In this document: piece after piece, positions 11,984 to 27,579 of the stretch
Layout of the letters: each line of letters begins with the position of its first letter
Position numbering within the stretch: position 1 is the first letter of the stretch
DNA from: Eledone cirrhosa
Lineage: Eukaryota
Length of the DNA: 64,000 bases
Assembly (NCBI GenBank): GCA_964016885.1
Contig: OZ024758.1
Location: 32,178,001-32,242,000 of the forward strand
Reading direction: 5' to 3'
Made by a program: the position numbers and the translations under genes
Notes under the pieces: model-generated
Told to the model about the DNA's origin: nothing
What the model saw: the letters and a program-made list of their open reading frames with translations, nothing else
Databases searched by the model: none

Positions 11984-14900
11984 TCATCATCACCGTTTTA
12001 CGTCCGTTCTTCCACGCTAGCATGGGTTAGACGGGTTGTCCTGTTGTGGGCAGTGTCTGGTCGGCTGACCATGCCTTGCTCATACAGGAACTGATCTGGC
12101 TTGATTTCTACAGCTGGATGCCCTTCCTAACACCAACCTCATTTACAGTGAGTGCTGGGTGCTTTTTCGTGGCGCCTACACGTCCACTTTACAGTGTGGG
12201 CTGGGTGTTTTTTTGCCGTGGCACCTCCACGACCACCTTGCGGTGGGGGGAGGGGGGGGGGGCATATTGTTTATATGCTTCAGCATGTACCCATGGGAGG
12301 TCGGGTACCCTGTATTACTGCGTGACGCCAGAAGTCACGGTCGTGTGTCATTGACTTTGAGAGGTGTAGTTGGGTAAGGTCGGCTTTTATCACCTCATCC
12401 CAAGTCATCTTGGGTCTCCCCACTCCGCGGTTTCCATCAACTTCTAGTGCTCTGCACCTTTTTATGCAGCTGTCATCCTTCATACGCATCACATGTCCAT
12501 ACCAGCGTAACCGCCTCTCCTGCACGCAGCATTTGATTCCTCTTATGCTCAGTCTCTCTCTCAATTCCTTTATGCTTTGTCGTTCACGTATATTACTGTT
12601 ACACATCCATCGGAGCATGCAGGCTTCGTTTCTCTCTAATCTACGTAAGTCTTCCACCTTCAGCGCCCAGGTCTCACTACCATGCAACATCGCTGTTCGG
12701 ATACACGCATCATACAGTCTGCCTTTCATTCTGAGGGAGAAGCCTTTTGCAGCTAGCAGTGGTAGTAGTTCCCTAAACTTCTTCCATCCCGTTCTTACCC
12801 TAGTTATTGTACTTTCTGAGCACCCACCTCCGTTGCTAATTCGGTCACCTAGGTAGCAGAAGCTGTCTACTGTTTCTACAGGGCCCTCCCAGAGATTGGT
12901 GGTACTTGTTTCCTGTGGCTGTTTGCTTGCTGTTTCAGCACAGCTGCTGCATGTGAATCCTACATTCTTAATTAAGCTTCCTGAGATCCCGCTACATCTC
13001 TTGTGTACCCATTGTTTGCATTTGTGGCAGAGAATGGAGTTCCTACCTACACCTTTCCTACATACTGAGCAAGGCCATTTCCCTGAGGGGATCTGGGTTC
13101 TGTTTTCTCGTCTACTTATAAGGACCTTAGTCTTTGTCATGTTGACTTTGAGGCCCTTTCTCTCTAGTCCCTGCTTCCAGGTTTGGAATTTATTCTCTAG
13201 TTCTACCATAGATTCAGCTATGAGTGCGAGGTCATCAGCATACAGGAGTTCCCATGGGCATCCGGTCTTAAACTCCTCCGTTATTGCCTGCAGGACTATG
13301 ATGAACAGGAGAGGGCTAAGAACAGAGCCCTGGTGGACCCCAACCTGTACGCTAAATTCCTCGCTATACTCATTGCCAATCCTAACTTTGCTGACTGCTC
13401 CCCTATACATGGCTTGTACCGCTTTCACAAGCCATTCATCTACTCCTAGTTTTCTAAGAGCCCACCAGATTACTGCACGTGGAACTCTGTCAAAGGCTTT
13501 CTCAAGGTCGACAAATGCCAAGTAGAGTGGCTTACTTTTAGCTAGGTACTTTTCCTGTAATTGCCTCACAAGGAAGAGGGCATCAGTGGTGCCTTTCCCT
13601 GGTACAAACCCAAATTGCATCTCATCTATATACACCCGGTCCCTAATCAGCTGTGCTATAACTCTTTCTGTTACTTTCATGACCTGGTCCATCAACTTTA
13701 TACCTCTATAGTTTCCTCTATCTAGTGCATCGCCTTTACCTTTGTAGCAGTTGACAATGATGCTACTGCACCAATCTTTTGGTATGGCCCCCTCTAGTAT
13801 TACCTGGTTAACGATACGTGTGGTTATAGTGTGACCTACAGACCCAGATGCCTTCAGCATCTCGGCAGCTATACCCGATGGACCGGTTGCCTTCCCTATC
13901 TTCATATCTCTGATTGCCTTACTTACTATGCTGCCGCTGACTTGTACTGCTGGTCCCTCTATAGGGTCTACGTGGGGTAGGGTCTCTTCTTCCCATGCAT
14001 TCTCCTCATTTAGTAATCTATCATAATGACTCTTCCATGCATCTTTCTTCTCAGCACTTGTGAGGGCAAGCTCACCTTTATCATTCCGGATACACTTCTC
14101 TCCAATGACATCACAACTATCTCTGACACACTGCCTCGCAATCTTGAATACCTCCTGTTTCTGGTCCTCACGTTGTAAAACATGCTTGAATTTTCTATCC
14201 TCTGTTTCCCTCCTAGCTAAGTATACTTGTCGCCTAGCTTCCCTCTTGGTCTCTATGTAATGTACCCTGCTCCCCCCGTTCTTCCATTCTTTCCATGCCT
14301 GTCTCTTGGCCTTGACTGCTTCATCTACCTTATTGTTCCACCACCAAGTCACTCTCCTCCTGCTTGAGGTCTTACTCCAGCCACAAACCTCATCCGTCGC
14401 CTCTAGTAAGTTATTTTTTAGGAACTCCCAGTTCTCTTCTACGTTAAATGTCTCTATCTGTTCTTCTTTACTGTCGTAGGCGTTGAGTAAAATATCTTTA
14501 AATCTGTTACTGGTTGAGGGGACTTTCAGCTTCCAGATCTTTCTTCTCCAGGTTGGCCTCTGTTTCAGGGCTCGTCTAGTTCTGACCGTGAGGTCGCTGA
14601 CAACTAAGCTATGTTGGGATGTACATTCCTCACTAGGGAAGGCTTTTGTGTTTACGACCGTCCATCTGTCACGTCCTCTGATGAGGATAAAATCTAACTG
14701 ACTAGAGTGCTCCCCTGATCTATAGGTGATCAGGTGGTTGTCGGGTTTTTTAAAGTTTGTGTTACATATCGACATGTCATTGGCGTCGCAGAATTCTAGA
14801 AGTCTGAATCCTTCCTCATTCCTTGTGCCAACTCCATGGCCTCCATGTACTCTATTGAAGCCGTCGCAGTGTTTACCTACGTGTCCGTTAAAATCTCCTG

Positions 14901-15060
14901 CAATGATTAGGAAGTCCTTGTCGTCTGTTAGAGCAGTAGTGTGTATTAGGGACTCGTAAAACCTATCCTTAAGTTCGTCTGGCAGCCCCAATTGGGGTGC
15001 GTAAGCTGATATTATTGTGGTAATTGTCTTATTCAGGACTAGTCTGAGTTTAATGATTCT
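11980..15060 (-). mobile_element. Young RTE LINE with an uninterrupted APE(partial)-RT ORF
   Basis: ORF 12280-~15060 has SAYAPQ, GDFNGHVG and SQLDFIL endonuclease motifs, a full RT, a 3' UTR and a (TGA)n tail. Confidence 0.95.
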
Positions 15061-15194
15061 ATACATATATACATATACATATATATACATATATACATAT
15101 ATACATAAACATATATATATATACATAAACATATATATATATACATATACATAAACATATATATATATACATATACATATATATATATACATAT

Positions 15195-15531
15195 CATCAT
15201 CATCATCATCATTTCATTTTACGTCCGCTTTTCCCTGCTTGCAAGGGTGGGACGGAAACTGATTCTGGCTTGATTTCTACAGTTGGATGCCCTTCCTAAC
15301 ACCAACCTCATCTACAGTGAGTGCTGGGTGCTTTTTTGCCGTGGCACTCCACGACCACTTTGCAGTGGAATGATAGGGACCGCAGTCCCTATCATCTCAT
15401 TTCTACAGCTGAGGAAACTGGAGCAATGTGAAATAAAGTGTCTTGCTCAAGGAAACAACACACCACCCGGTCTGAGAATTGAACTCACAACCTTTCGATT
15501 GCAAGGCCAATGCTCTAACCACTAAGCCATG
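15195..15531 (-). mobile_element. tRNA-derived CORE-SINE with RTE-derived tail
   Basis: A box tggcttagtgg, B box gagttcaattc, CORE-like ccttgagcaagacacttt. Tail is shared with the RTE at 3574. Confidence 0.82.
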
Positions 15532-15636
15532 TACATATATATATACATATACATATATACATATATATATACATATACATATATACATATATATATACAT
15601 ATACATATATACATATATATATACATATACATATAT

Positions 15637-16030
15637 ATATTTATTAAAATAACAGATTAAAGTTTAAGCAAAGAATCGCTGCTTTCACCCTTAACGGGAT
15701 CTTCTGAAACTAACAAAGTCAATCTGTAAACGCAGAACTGGATATTTCAAAAAACGTTGCAACCGGAGGAAGACAGGAAGACGATACTTTGGTTCATGGT
15801 GACGTTCGCTGGCAAAGAACGGGAAAAAATGAATAATACGTCATTAATAGGAGCGGTGAAAAACAATTACGTGCAAGGACAGAACCACGTTTATGGTATA
15901 AAAGAGGTCGTAGACTAATCTTTAATCTGTTATTTTAATAAATATTTGCTCTTCGGTTCTTATATATTTGATATATATTTTCCTTATCGAGCCCTCTCTG
16001 GATTTTAGTCTTCAATTTTATTATTATTAC
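15637..16030 (-). mobile_element. Penelope-type tail unit with 26 bp inverted repeat; related copy at 38420-38660
   Basis: atatttattaaaataacagattaaag is inverted at 15920-15945. Contains a hammerhead fold followed by AATAAA. Confidence 0.6.
15661..15711 (-). ncRNA. Hammerhead fold with U4A core
   Basis: agttt-CAGAAGA-tccc(gttaa)gggt-GAAA-gcag(cgattct)ttgc-TT-aaact. Confidence 0.55.
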
Positions 16031-16195
16031 TATACATATATATATATACATATACATATATACATATATATATATACATATACATATATATATATACATA
16101 TACATATATACATATACGATTTCAGATAAAGAATCTTGCTAAACAAATTCAGAAACGATATATATATATACATATATATATATATACATATAATA

Positions 16196-16227
<32 letters not shown>

Positions 16228-16229
<2 letters not shown>

Positions 16230-17398
16230 CTCTTTTACCTGTTTCAGCCATCCGGCTGAGGCCATGCTGGGGCACCGCCCTTGTTGCTACACATTTTATC
16301 TCCAGCCTGTATAGGTTGGCCACTGGTGTAGGAGGGAGTTTGTTGCTGCTGCCCTTAGGTTTCCCTCGTGTCTTGCTGTGGGCTCATCTGGGATCCTGGA
16401 TAACAAGGTATCGAGATGTTTCTTAAAGACATCCACCTCCACGTCATGCAAGTCTCGCAGATGCCTCGGCAGCCTGTTGAAGAGTTGAGGGCCCTTGAAT
16501 CCCAGGCTATTGCAATACCTGCTCCTTATTCTAGATGTGGAAGACGGGACCTTTGGCACCACACAGTGACGTCCTGTTCGACGGTTGGTCCAGCTCCCAA
16601 TGCCAAAGTTTGGTGCTAGTCCCTCCAGGATTTTCCACATGTAGATCACTGCGTATCTCTCCCGTCTTCGCTCCAAGGAGTAGAGGTTCAGTTCCTTCAG
16701 CCTCTCCCAGTAGCTTGTCTCCCTCATCTTGGCAATCCTCTTGGTGTAGCTTCGCTGGATTGCCTCAAGCTCTGTGGTTAGTTTGACACTATGGGGTGAC
16801 CACAGCTGGGAGCAGTAGTCCAGGCGGCTTAGGACAAAAGTCCTCCACAGTGTCAACATGGTGTCTCGATCTCTTGTAAGGAAAGTCCTCAAGATCCAGC
16901 CAGCGAATCGTCTACATGCTGTCGCCACCTTCATGATGTGTGAAGAAAAAGATGCATCATCGCTCATGTCTATGCCCAGGTCTCGTATCGATTTTGACAC
17001 GGGGATATCGGTCCCTCCTGGTCCTGTGTAGCTGTGTTCTGCTATATTTGTGTTTGTGTTTGCAGGTTTGTATTGTAGGGCTTGGAATTTGCCAGCATTA
17101 AACTGCATGTTGTTTTCTTCCGCCCATCTGTATATGGCATCCAGATCCTGCTGTAAGAGGGCAGCGTCAGCCGGGTTTTTGATTGCCTGTGCTACCTTAG
17201 TGTCATCAGCATAGCTTGTGAGGGATGTTGTTGCATGCACCACAGAGGGCATGTCCGAGAGAGCCACCAAAAACAGTAGTGGTCCCAGGGACTGTCCCCT
17301 GAGGCACCCCACTTGTTATCGGTGTTTCCCTCGAGAAGGCCCCATTTGCTGCGACTGCCTGGCTTCTGTCCCTTAGGAAGCCATGCAGCCACTCACCT
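16228..17398 (-). mobile_element. CR1/L2-group LINE 3' fragment
   Basis: SGVPQG (frameshifted), YADD, RDLG and LYSLERRRER motifs. 3' hairpin cagcc-ggat-ggctg. Confidence 0.9.
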
Positions 17399-17411
17399 AT
17401 ACATATATATA

Positions 17412-17481
<70 letters not shown>

Positions 17482-17509
17482 GTACATATATATATATATA
17501 TATATGTAC

Positions 17510-17601
<92 letters not shown>

Positions 17602-17671
17602 TACATACATATATATATATATACATATATAATATACATACATATATATATATACATATATATATACATAC

Positions 17672-17718
<47 letters not shown>

Positions 17719-17805
17719 CATATATATATACATATATATACATATATATATATACATATATATACATATATATATATACATATATATACATATACATATA
17801 TATAC

Positions 17806-17836
<31 letters not shown>

Positions 17837-17942
17837 CATATATATACATATATATATATACATATATATATACATATATATATATATACATATTATATAT
17901 ATATATATACATATATAAATATATACATATATAAATATATAC

Positions 17943-18007
<65 letters not shown>

Positions 18008-18026
18008 CATATATAAATATATATAC

Positions 18027-18057
<31 letters not shown>

Positions 18058-18076
18058 CATATATAAATATATATAC

Positions 18077-18109
<33 letters not shown>

Positions 18110-18533
18110 CATATATAAATATATTATACATATATATATATATACATATATAATATATATACACTATATAAATATATATACATATATATATACATATATA
18201 TATATATACATATATAAATATATATACATATATATATACATATATATATACATATATATATATATATACATATATAAATATATATATATATACATATATA
18301 TATACATATATATATACATATATATATATACACATATATATATATATATATACATATAAATATATATATACATATATATATACATATATATACATATATA
18401 TATACATATATATATACACATATATATTATATATATATATACATATAATATACATATATATATACACATATATATATATATATATATATACATATAAATA
18501 TATATATACATATATATATATACACATATATAC

Positions 18534-18573
<40 letters not shown>

Positions 18574-18932
18574 ATATATATATATATACACATATATATA
18601 TACATATATATACATATATATATACATATATATATATACATATATATATATATACATATATATATACATATATATACATATACATATATATATACATATA
18701 TATACATATATATACACATATATATATATATATAAATATATATACATATACATATATATATACATATATATACATATATATACACATATATATATATATA
18801 TATATAAATATATATACATATATATATATATACATATATATATAAATATATATACATATATATATATATACATATATATATAAATATATATACATATATA
18901 TATATATACATATATATACATATATATATATA
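17399..18932. repeat. (TA)n-rich microsatellite, 1.5 kb
   Basis: Read directly. Confidence 0.97.
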
Positions 18933-18984
18933 TAAAATAAAGTTAAATAAAAAGTCAAATGATTAAAATTTAGCTTCGTTTATT

Positions 18985-19039
18985 ACTGCTATATATATTT
19001 CAGTGACAGCCATCTTTGGCTGTGACCTCTTCAGGCAGT
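18985..19039 (-). ncRNA. Type I hammerhead ribozyme in the 3' pLTR
   Basis: actgc-CTGAAGA-ggtcacagcca(aaga)tggctgtcact-GAAA-tatata-TA-gcagt-AATAAA. Confidence 0.85.
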
Positions 19040-22000
19040 TTGAATTAGTATGGTATAGACAAGTACATATGTTGTTTAGGTGTATGATATTGTCAATACT
19101 CTGATATGCCCAGTTCCTTGCTGGGTTGTTAATTCACTGGGGAACTGGAGTCATATGAATTCAAACAAACGAATTTTAGTGTCACAGGTCCCCTTCTCCT
19201 CTCATTGGTCAGTTATTAGTGTTGTCATTGTTGGAGTTAGCTTAAAAATTGATAAAATGGTAGAAGGGACAAGGTGTTGAAGGAACAAAAATATCAAAAA
19301 ATGTGTCAAAACTTCCCATTGTTCAGTTCTGAGAGCATTCCTCAGTCAGAAGTCTATAGAATTCTTTCTGGGGTGAGGCTCCTGTAGTGTTTATGCCTGC
19401 TATTGTTCAGTACATTTGACCTAGACCATTATTTTGGTACTGTTGTTGTTGTAGTGGTCAGCTTATATCTTGCTGCTGCTAACAGTTTAGAAGTATTCAG
19501 TTTGTGTTTTCTCTTCATCCCACCCGCCACCATCGTAGTGGTGGTGGCGGGGGGGGGGGGGGTTATTTCATGTATATGAAGAAATATAAGGCAATAAATG
19601 AAGAAAACAGAAGATAAATAAATAATATAATAAAATAAAATAATTAATATAATTTGTGTAATTTGAAAATAAATAAATAAATAGAGAATAAAGAATAAAG
19701 AGTAAATGAGAGATTGGTGAAAAAGTAATGATAATGTATATGGAGAAGTGAGAAATAATGTAGGATAAAGTGTGTGTGTGTGTGTGTGCTATAACCAATC
19801 TCAAGGTCAGAATATGTTGGATAGATTGGTATGATACAAGATGTTAAGATGAGATATTCAATGTGATTGTGTTATAATCTATCTCAACTTAAAATAAATA
19901 TAAATATAAGGTTATACAGTGAAGAGGGCAGAAAACAAATAACAAATTAATAAAGAGAAATCAAGATTTAAGATTGGAACTTTAAAGTCAGAAATCTGGT
20001 AAATTAAAAGTGTTTGTGTTATAGATGTTGGCCAGATTATTATGGCTGTGTCCGATTCTATCTCTAGGCTATCATGGTGTCTGCTCCGCCTGGGTTGTTC
20101 CCTATGGCTTGAGGGGAGTTCACAACCTAGGGTGTTGTAATTGTCCATATAGCTTGAGGGAGGTCTGGCCGAGAGGTGTTTTCATGTTCTGTAGAAGTCC
20201 CTATAGCTTGAGGGGAGTTCACATCTTCTTGTGTTGCTACTGTCCATATATTTTGAGAAAGGTCCCGGCTCTAAGGTGTCTGCATGTCCCAAAGAAGTCG
20301 GTTCTGAGGTTTATCAGGCCGCTTCCACCTCTTAGTATCTCGAGGGTCTCGTTCAGGCATAGTTTGCATATGCAAGATCCCCCTTTATCGGGTGGTACTT
20401 TCCTGATTATGTACCAGGCCAGAGAGTATGGGGTCCTGTCCAGCTTAAGCTTCCAGATCAGGTCGGAGAGAGCTGTGCTTTTCCTTTTGGCCTCCTTCTT
20501 GAATGAATGGCGATGGTTGTACCAGCGGTCCTTAAAGCTCGTTGATGTGGCTCCTATGTAGAGGTGTTCGGAGTTGGGGGTTTTAACCCTACAACCGTAC
20601 ACTATGTTCTTCTTGAGACATTCATTACCAAGGGGGCATGATTCGGGGTTTCTACAGTTGCAGAGGGTGGGCGGCCTCTGCGTGCTTAGATTAGGGTTCT
20701 CATTATGTGTTACATGTTGGTCTTCCCCCATGCTCGGTGGGGGGTCCTTGGGTCTGTTTGTGTTTCTTGGGTGGGCTCTGGGTCCCCCCTTTCCTCCTTT
20801 CACATGGTTCTGCTGAGTGTTTGTATTGCCATCTTCTGGTTGTGTGTGGTTTTTAAGCCTACTTCTGTTGATGCTAGCTATGTGTTGGGCCAAATTTCTC
20901 GTGGTGGAATACGAGAGCTTCACAGTGTGTCTGTTGAAGATCCTGTGGTATCGTGGTCCCTCGGGAAGCATTTGTCAAGTGCTCCAAAGAACAATCGGGC
21001 CAAGCTTTTCTTTAGGGCCGCTGAGTAGGGTGGGTTGTACCACGTGATTTGTCGGTGTCTCCTCCTATATGTGTGGGTTGGGGGCTTCGTGATTTGTTGG
21101 AGATTTGTTGGTTTGCTGGTGGTTTCCGCACTGTTGCTTCCTTTTTGGGCTCTATACTTTCTGTTATCTTCACGGTCCGGATTTGTGGGGTGGTTGTTGT
21201 CCTGCCCCGGGAGATCCATCGTGGGGTGGTCGCCCGTTTCCTCCCCCCCCACGTGTCCTGCGGTTGGGGTTGTCCGTCCTGGGGTAGTTAGCATCACGCC
21301 TGAGACTGCTACTCATATTGTGCTCCATCTCGTGGTCAAGCGCACTAGTCCCCGCCGCCCATGTGGTGGTGTCTGGTACATGGTGCTTATTTGATTTTGC
21401 TCTGCCTGTATTGTTAGGGTTCGCCCTCCCCCCCTCTGGTAACGCGGTTGTGGGTGTCTGTTGGGCTATCCACCTCCCGGCTTTTCGGACTATATGTTAT
21501 ATTTTGTCCATGTGCCGCCTTCTTTAGAGCTGTGTTGTAATATTCCGCGTGGTTGTTGAATATTTCCTTACTTGCGGACAGGCTGGAGATCCTGTCCGAG
21601 ACACTCTTCACCACTGCCTTGGTTATGGATCTAGGGTGGTTTGATTTGGCGTTAACATATACTAGTTTCTCGTTGGGCTTGTGGTAGGGGTAGTATTGCT
21701 CGGTGTTCAGGTTTAGGGTGGTATCTAGGAAGTTAACTACCTTCCTATTTGGGTCTATTTCTATGCTGAGCCCCTGGTTCTTAAAGAAATGGCGAATACG
21801 TCTCCTCATACCCTCCAACATATTGGTGCTGTGGTCATGTACTGTGAATAGAGCATCGTCACGATATAATCCCGCCGCCCAGGCAGGGGATTTCATCTTT
21901 TTATCTGCTTCAGCAGGTAGAGCCCAACCAGGTCCGTTACCTGCGCTGAGTCGCTGGAGCCCATCGTGATGTCAAAGTTATTTGGCCAATCACTCCTGGT

Positions 22001-23111
22001 CCACAGGTCTCCATCGAAGTGGATTAAGGTCTTTCTTGCGGCGTGGATGATGCTCACCTCCTCTCGGGTTAGGTCCGTATTGGACATCGCTAAAAATAGG
22101 GCCTTATTAAGTACTATGGGTGAGATTGAGGAGTAGTAGCTTGCGATGTCCAGTTGTATAAAGCTGGTCCTACTTTTCTCCTGCAGTATTTTGAACCATT
22201 CTATTACTTCTCTCGTGCATGACCATTGCTGTAATTTGGTTTTTTTTCCGAAGCTTGGGCAAAATCCTATCCAGTATTCTTTTACTGACGATCCCTAGGT
22301 CAGATCTGGAGGGGGCTATTAGTCTGACAGGGAGGTCGGACTCAAAGTTTGACTTGTGGTCTTTAAGGGTAATCCGCGGCTCCCTTGGTTGGTATGGGGC
22401 CGTCCTGTCCTCTATGCCGATTCTGGATATAATCCTGTAAGCTGTGGCATTGATCTCATCCAGGGTAAATCCAGGTGTTTTTTTGTAGCACTTCCTCAGT
22501 TCCTGAGGATTAGCTTATTGTACAGTTCAGTGTTCATGTTGTAGAGGTTGGTTTGTTTTGTCAGCATGGACAAGTATTCCAGTTGTCCCTTTAAGTACTG
22601 TAATCCGGTTTCTCAGGTGTCTGAGGTACTCCTGACTTCTGGTTGGGGTTTCCGGAGGAATTTGAGGTTGGATATGATGTTAATCATCTCGTTTTCAAAC
22701 TCCTCCATTAGTCTGTTATGGGGGGGATTCCTCCTTGATCGAAAAAGGTACTCCATGTTAGTTTTCTGCGTTCCTCTTTCGAAGTGTAACGCCTTCCATC
22801 TCATCCTACGGATGAGGGAGTCCGTACTCTTGATGAGATCACTGGTGTATTCTCGTTTATCAGATAGGGGGATGTCCTTCAGTGACGCTACGGTTGCCAG
22901 TTTATCCATAGTGACTTAGGTCCGCTACTGTTTGAAGCGCTCAACCCGTGTGGGAGCTAGATAGATTTTGAGTTTATGTTGGTTGTATACCAACACCTCA
23001 GTATGCAGGCTGGAGCACTCGACGAAGTGCGCCGGTTGGTTTGGTTACTCCGGAGTAGTGTAAAATAAAGTTAAATAAAAGTCAAATGATTAAAATTTAG
23101 CTTCGTTTATT

Positions 23112-23166
23112 ACTGCTATATATATTTCAGTGACAGCCATCTTTGGCTGTGACCTCTTCAGGCAGT
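23112..23166 (-). ncRNA. Type I hammerhead ribozyme in the 5' pLTR
   Basis: Identical to 18985-19039. Confidence 0.85.
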
Positions 23167-23825
23167 TTGAATTAGTATGGTATAGACAAGTACATATGTT
23201 GTTTAGGTGTATGATATTGTCAATACTCTGATATGCCCAGTTCCTTGTTGGGTTGTTAATTCACTGGGGAACTGGAGTCATATGAATTCAAACAAACGAA
23301 TTTTAGTGTCACAGGTCCCCTTCTCCTCTCATTGGTCAGTTATTAGTGTTGTCATTGTTGGAGTTAGCTTAAAAATTGATAAAATGGTAGAAGGGACAAG
23401 GTGTTGAAGGAACAAAATATCAAAAAATGTGTCAAACTTCCCAGTCAGAAGTCTTTCTGGGGTGAGGCTCCCTGTAGTGTTTATGCCTGCTATTGTTCAG
23501 TACATTTGACCTAGACCATTATTTTGGTACTGTTGTTGTTGTAGTGGTCAGCTTATATCTTGCTGCTGCTAACAGTTTAGAAGTATTCAGTTTGTGTTTT
23601 CTCTTCATCCCACACACCACCATCGTAGTGGTGGTGGCGGGGGGGGGGGGGTTATTTCATGTATATGAAGAAATATAAGGCAATAAATGAAGAAAACAGA
23701 AGATAAATAAATAATATAATAAAATAAAATAATTAATATAATTTGTGTAATTTGAAAATAAATAAATAAATAGAGAATAAAGAATAAAGAGTAAATGAGA
23801 GATTGGTGAAAAAGTAATGATAATG

Positions 23826-26298
<2,473 letters not shown>

Positions 26299-26303
26299 AA
26301 TGT

Positions 26304-27013
26304 AGGCACATGGCTTAGTGGTTAGAGCATTGGCCTTGCAATCGAAAGATGTGTTGTTTCCTTGAGTAAGACACTTTATTTCACATTGCTCCAGTTTACT
26401 CAGCTGTAGAAATGAGATGATAGGGACTGGAGTCCCTATCATTCCACTGTAAAATGGACGTGTAGGCGCCATGGCAAAAAAGCACCCAGCTCACACTGTA
26501 AAGTGGACGTGTAGGCGCCATGGCAAAAAAGCACCCAGCCCACACTGTAAAGTGGACGTGTAGGCGCCACGGCAAAAAAGCACCCAGCCCACACTGTAAA
26601 GTGGACGTGTAGGCGCCACGGCAAAAAAGCACCCAGCCCACACTGTAAAGTGGACGTGTAGGCGCCACGACAAAAAAGCACCCAGCCCACACTGTAAAGT
26701 GGACGTGTAGGCGCCACGGCAAAAAAGCACCCAGCCCACACTGTAAAGTGGACGTGTAGGCGCCACGCCACGACAAAAAAGCACCCAGCCCACACTGTAA
26801 AGTGGACGTGTAGGCGCCACGACAAAAAAGCACCCAGCCCACACTGTAAAGTGGACGTGTAGGCGCCACGCCACGACAAAAAAGCACCCAGCACTCACTG
26901 TAAATGAGGTTGGTGTTAGGAAGGGCATCCAGCTGTAGAAATCAAGCCAGTATCAGTTCCCATCCCACCCTTGCAAGCAGGGAAAAGTGGACGTAAAATG
27001 ATGTTGATGATGA
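26304..27013 (+). mobile_element. CORE-SINE with ~9 internal copies of a 49 bp unit
   Basis: tRNA-like head, CORE block, tandem cacactgtaaagtggacgtgtaggcgccacggcaaaaaagcacccagcc, RTE-type tail. Confidence 0.85.
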
Positions 27014-27064
27014 TACATATATACATATATAATATATATACATATATATATATATATACATATA

Positions 27065-27364
27065 TAATGGTTGCTAAGATGCTTCCTTAAGCGGTATGCC
27101 GGTTGAGCACTCTATGCTCCTACGGAGCAGAGTATGATAGAATGGAAAACGAAAAATTAGTGATGCATCGGAACTCAATTTATTGTGTGTTACAATTGTT
27201 TTCCCGACGAACAGCTCAAGGTGCGATCTATGTGTGGATCGACCTGATCTGGATTTGCAGACACGTCTATTGATTTCGGAGCATATCATCTTTCTTCGCT
27301 GGAGAAACAATTGTAACACAATAAATTGAGTTCCGATGCATCACTGAGTTTTCGTTTTCCATTC
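27065..27364. mobile_element. Fold-back Penelope-type tail unit
   Basis: 27141-27201 is inverted at 27305-27364. GAAAC-aatt-GTA-acac-AATAAA is present. Confidence 0.6.
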
Positions 27365-27579
27365 TCTCTCTCTATATATATACACTGTAAATGTGGTTGA
27401 TGTTAGAGAGGGCATGCAGCTGTAGAAAACCTGCCAGATAGTCCTATATGAGCGAGACACGGTCACCCGACCAACCTTGCCTCAAGGGGGACAACTCCCG
27501 TCTAATCGATGCTAGTGTGGAAGATGGACGTTAAACGAAGATGATGATGATATATATATATAAAATATATATATTGCCC

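Larger units (their letters stand above)
18933..23828 (-). mobile_element. Near full-length Penelope-like element with direct pLTRs, frameshifted
   Basis: Direct repeats at 18933-19740 and 23061-23828. ORF pieces over 22909-20237 read SLKDIP..RMRWKA, LDIASYYSSI, FDITMGS, LYRDD, WYNPPYS, CNC..CPL, IVY..YIG and CKLC..CRH. Confidence 0.92.

Noticed and set aside
26304-26350. tRNA gene
   Set aside because: It is a SINE head with no complete cloverleaf and continues into the CORE block.
26445-26900. CRISPR-like regular repeats
   Set aside because: Head-to-tail units with no unique spacers, eukaryotic context and no cas genes.
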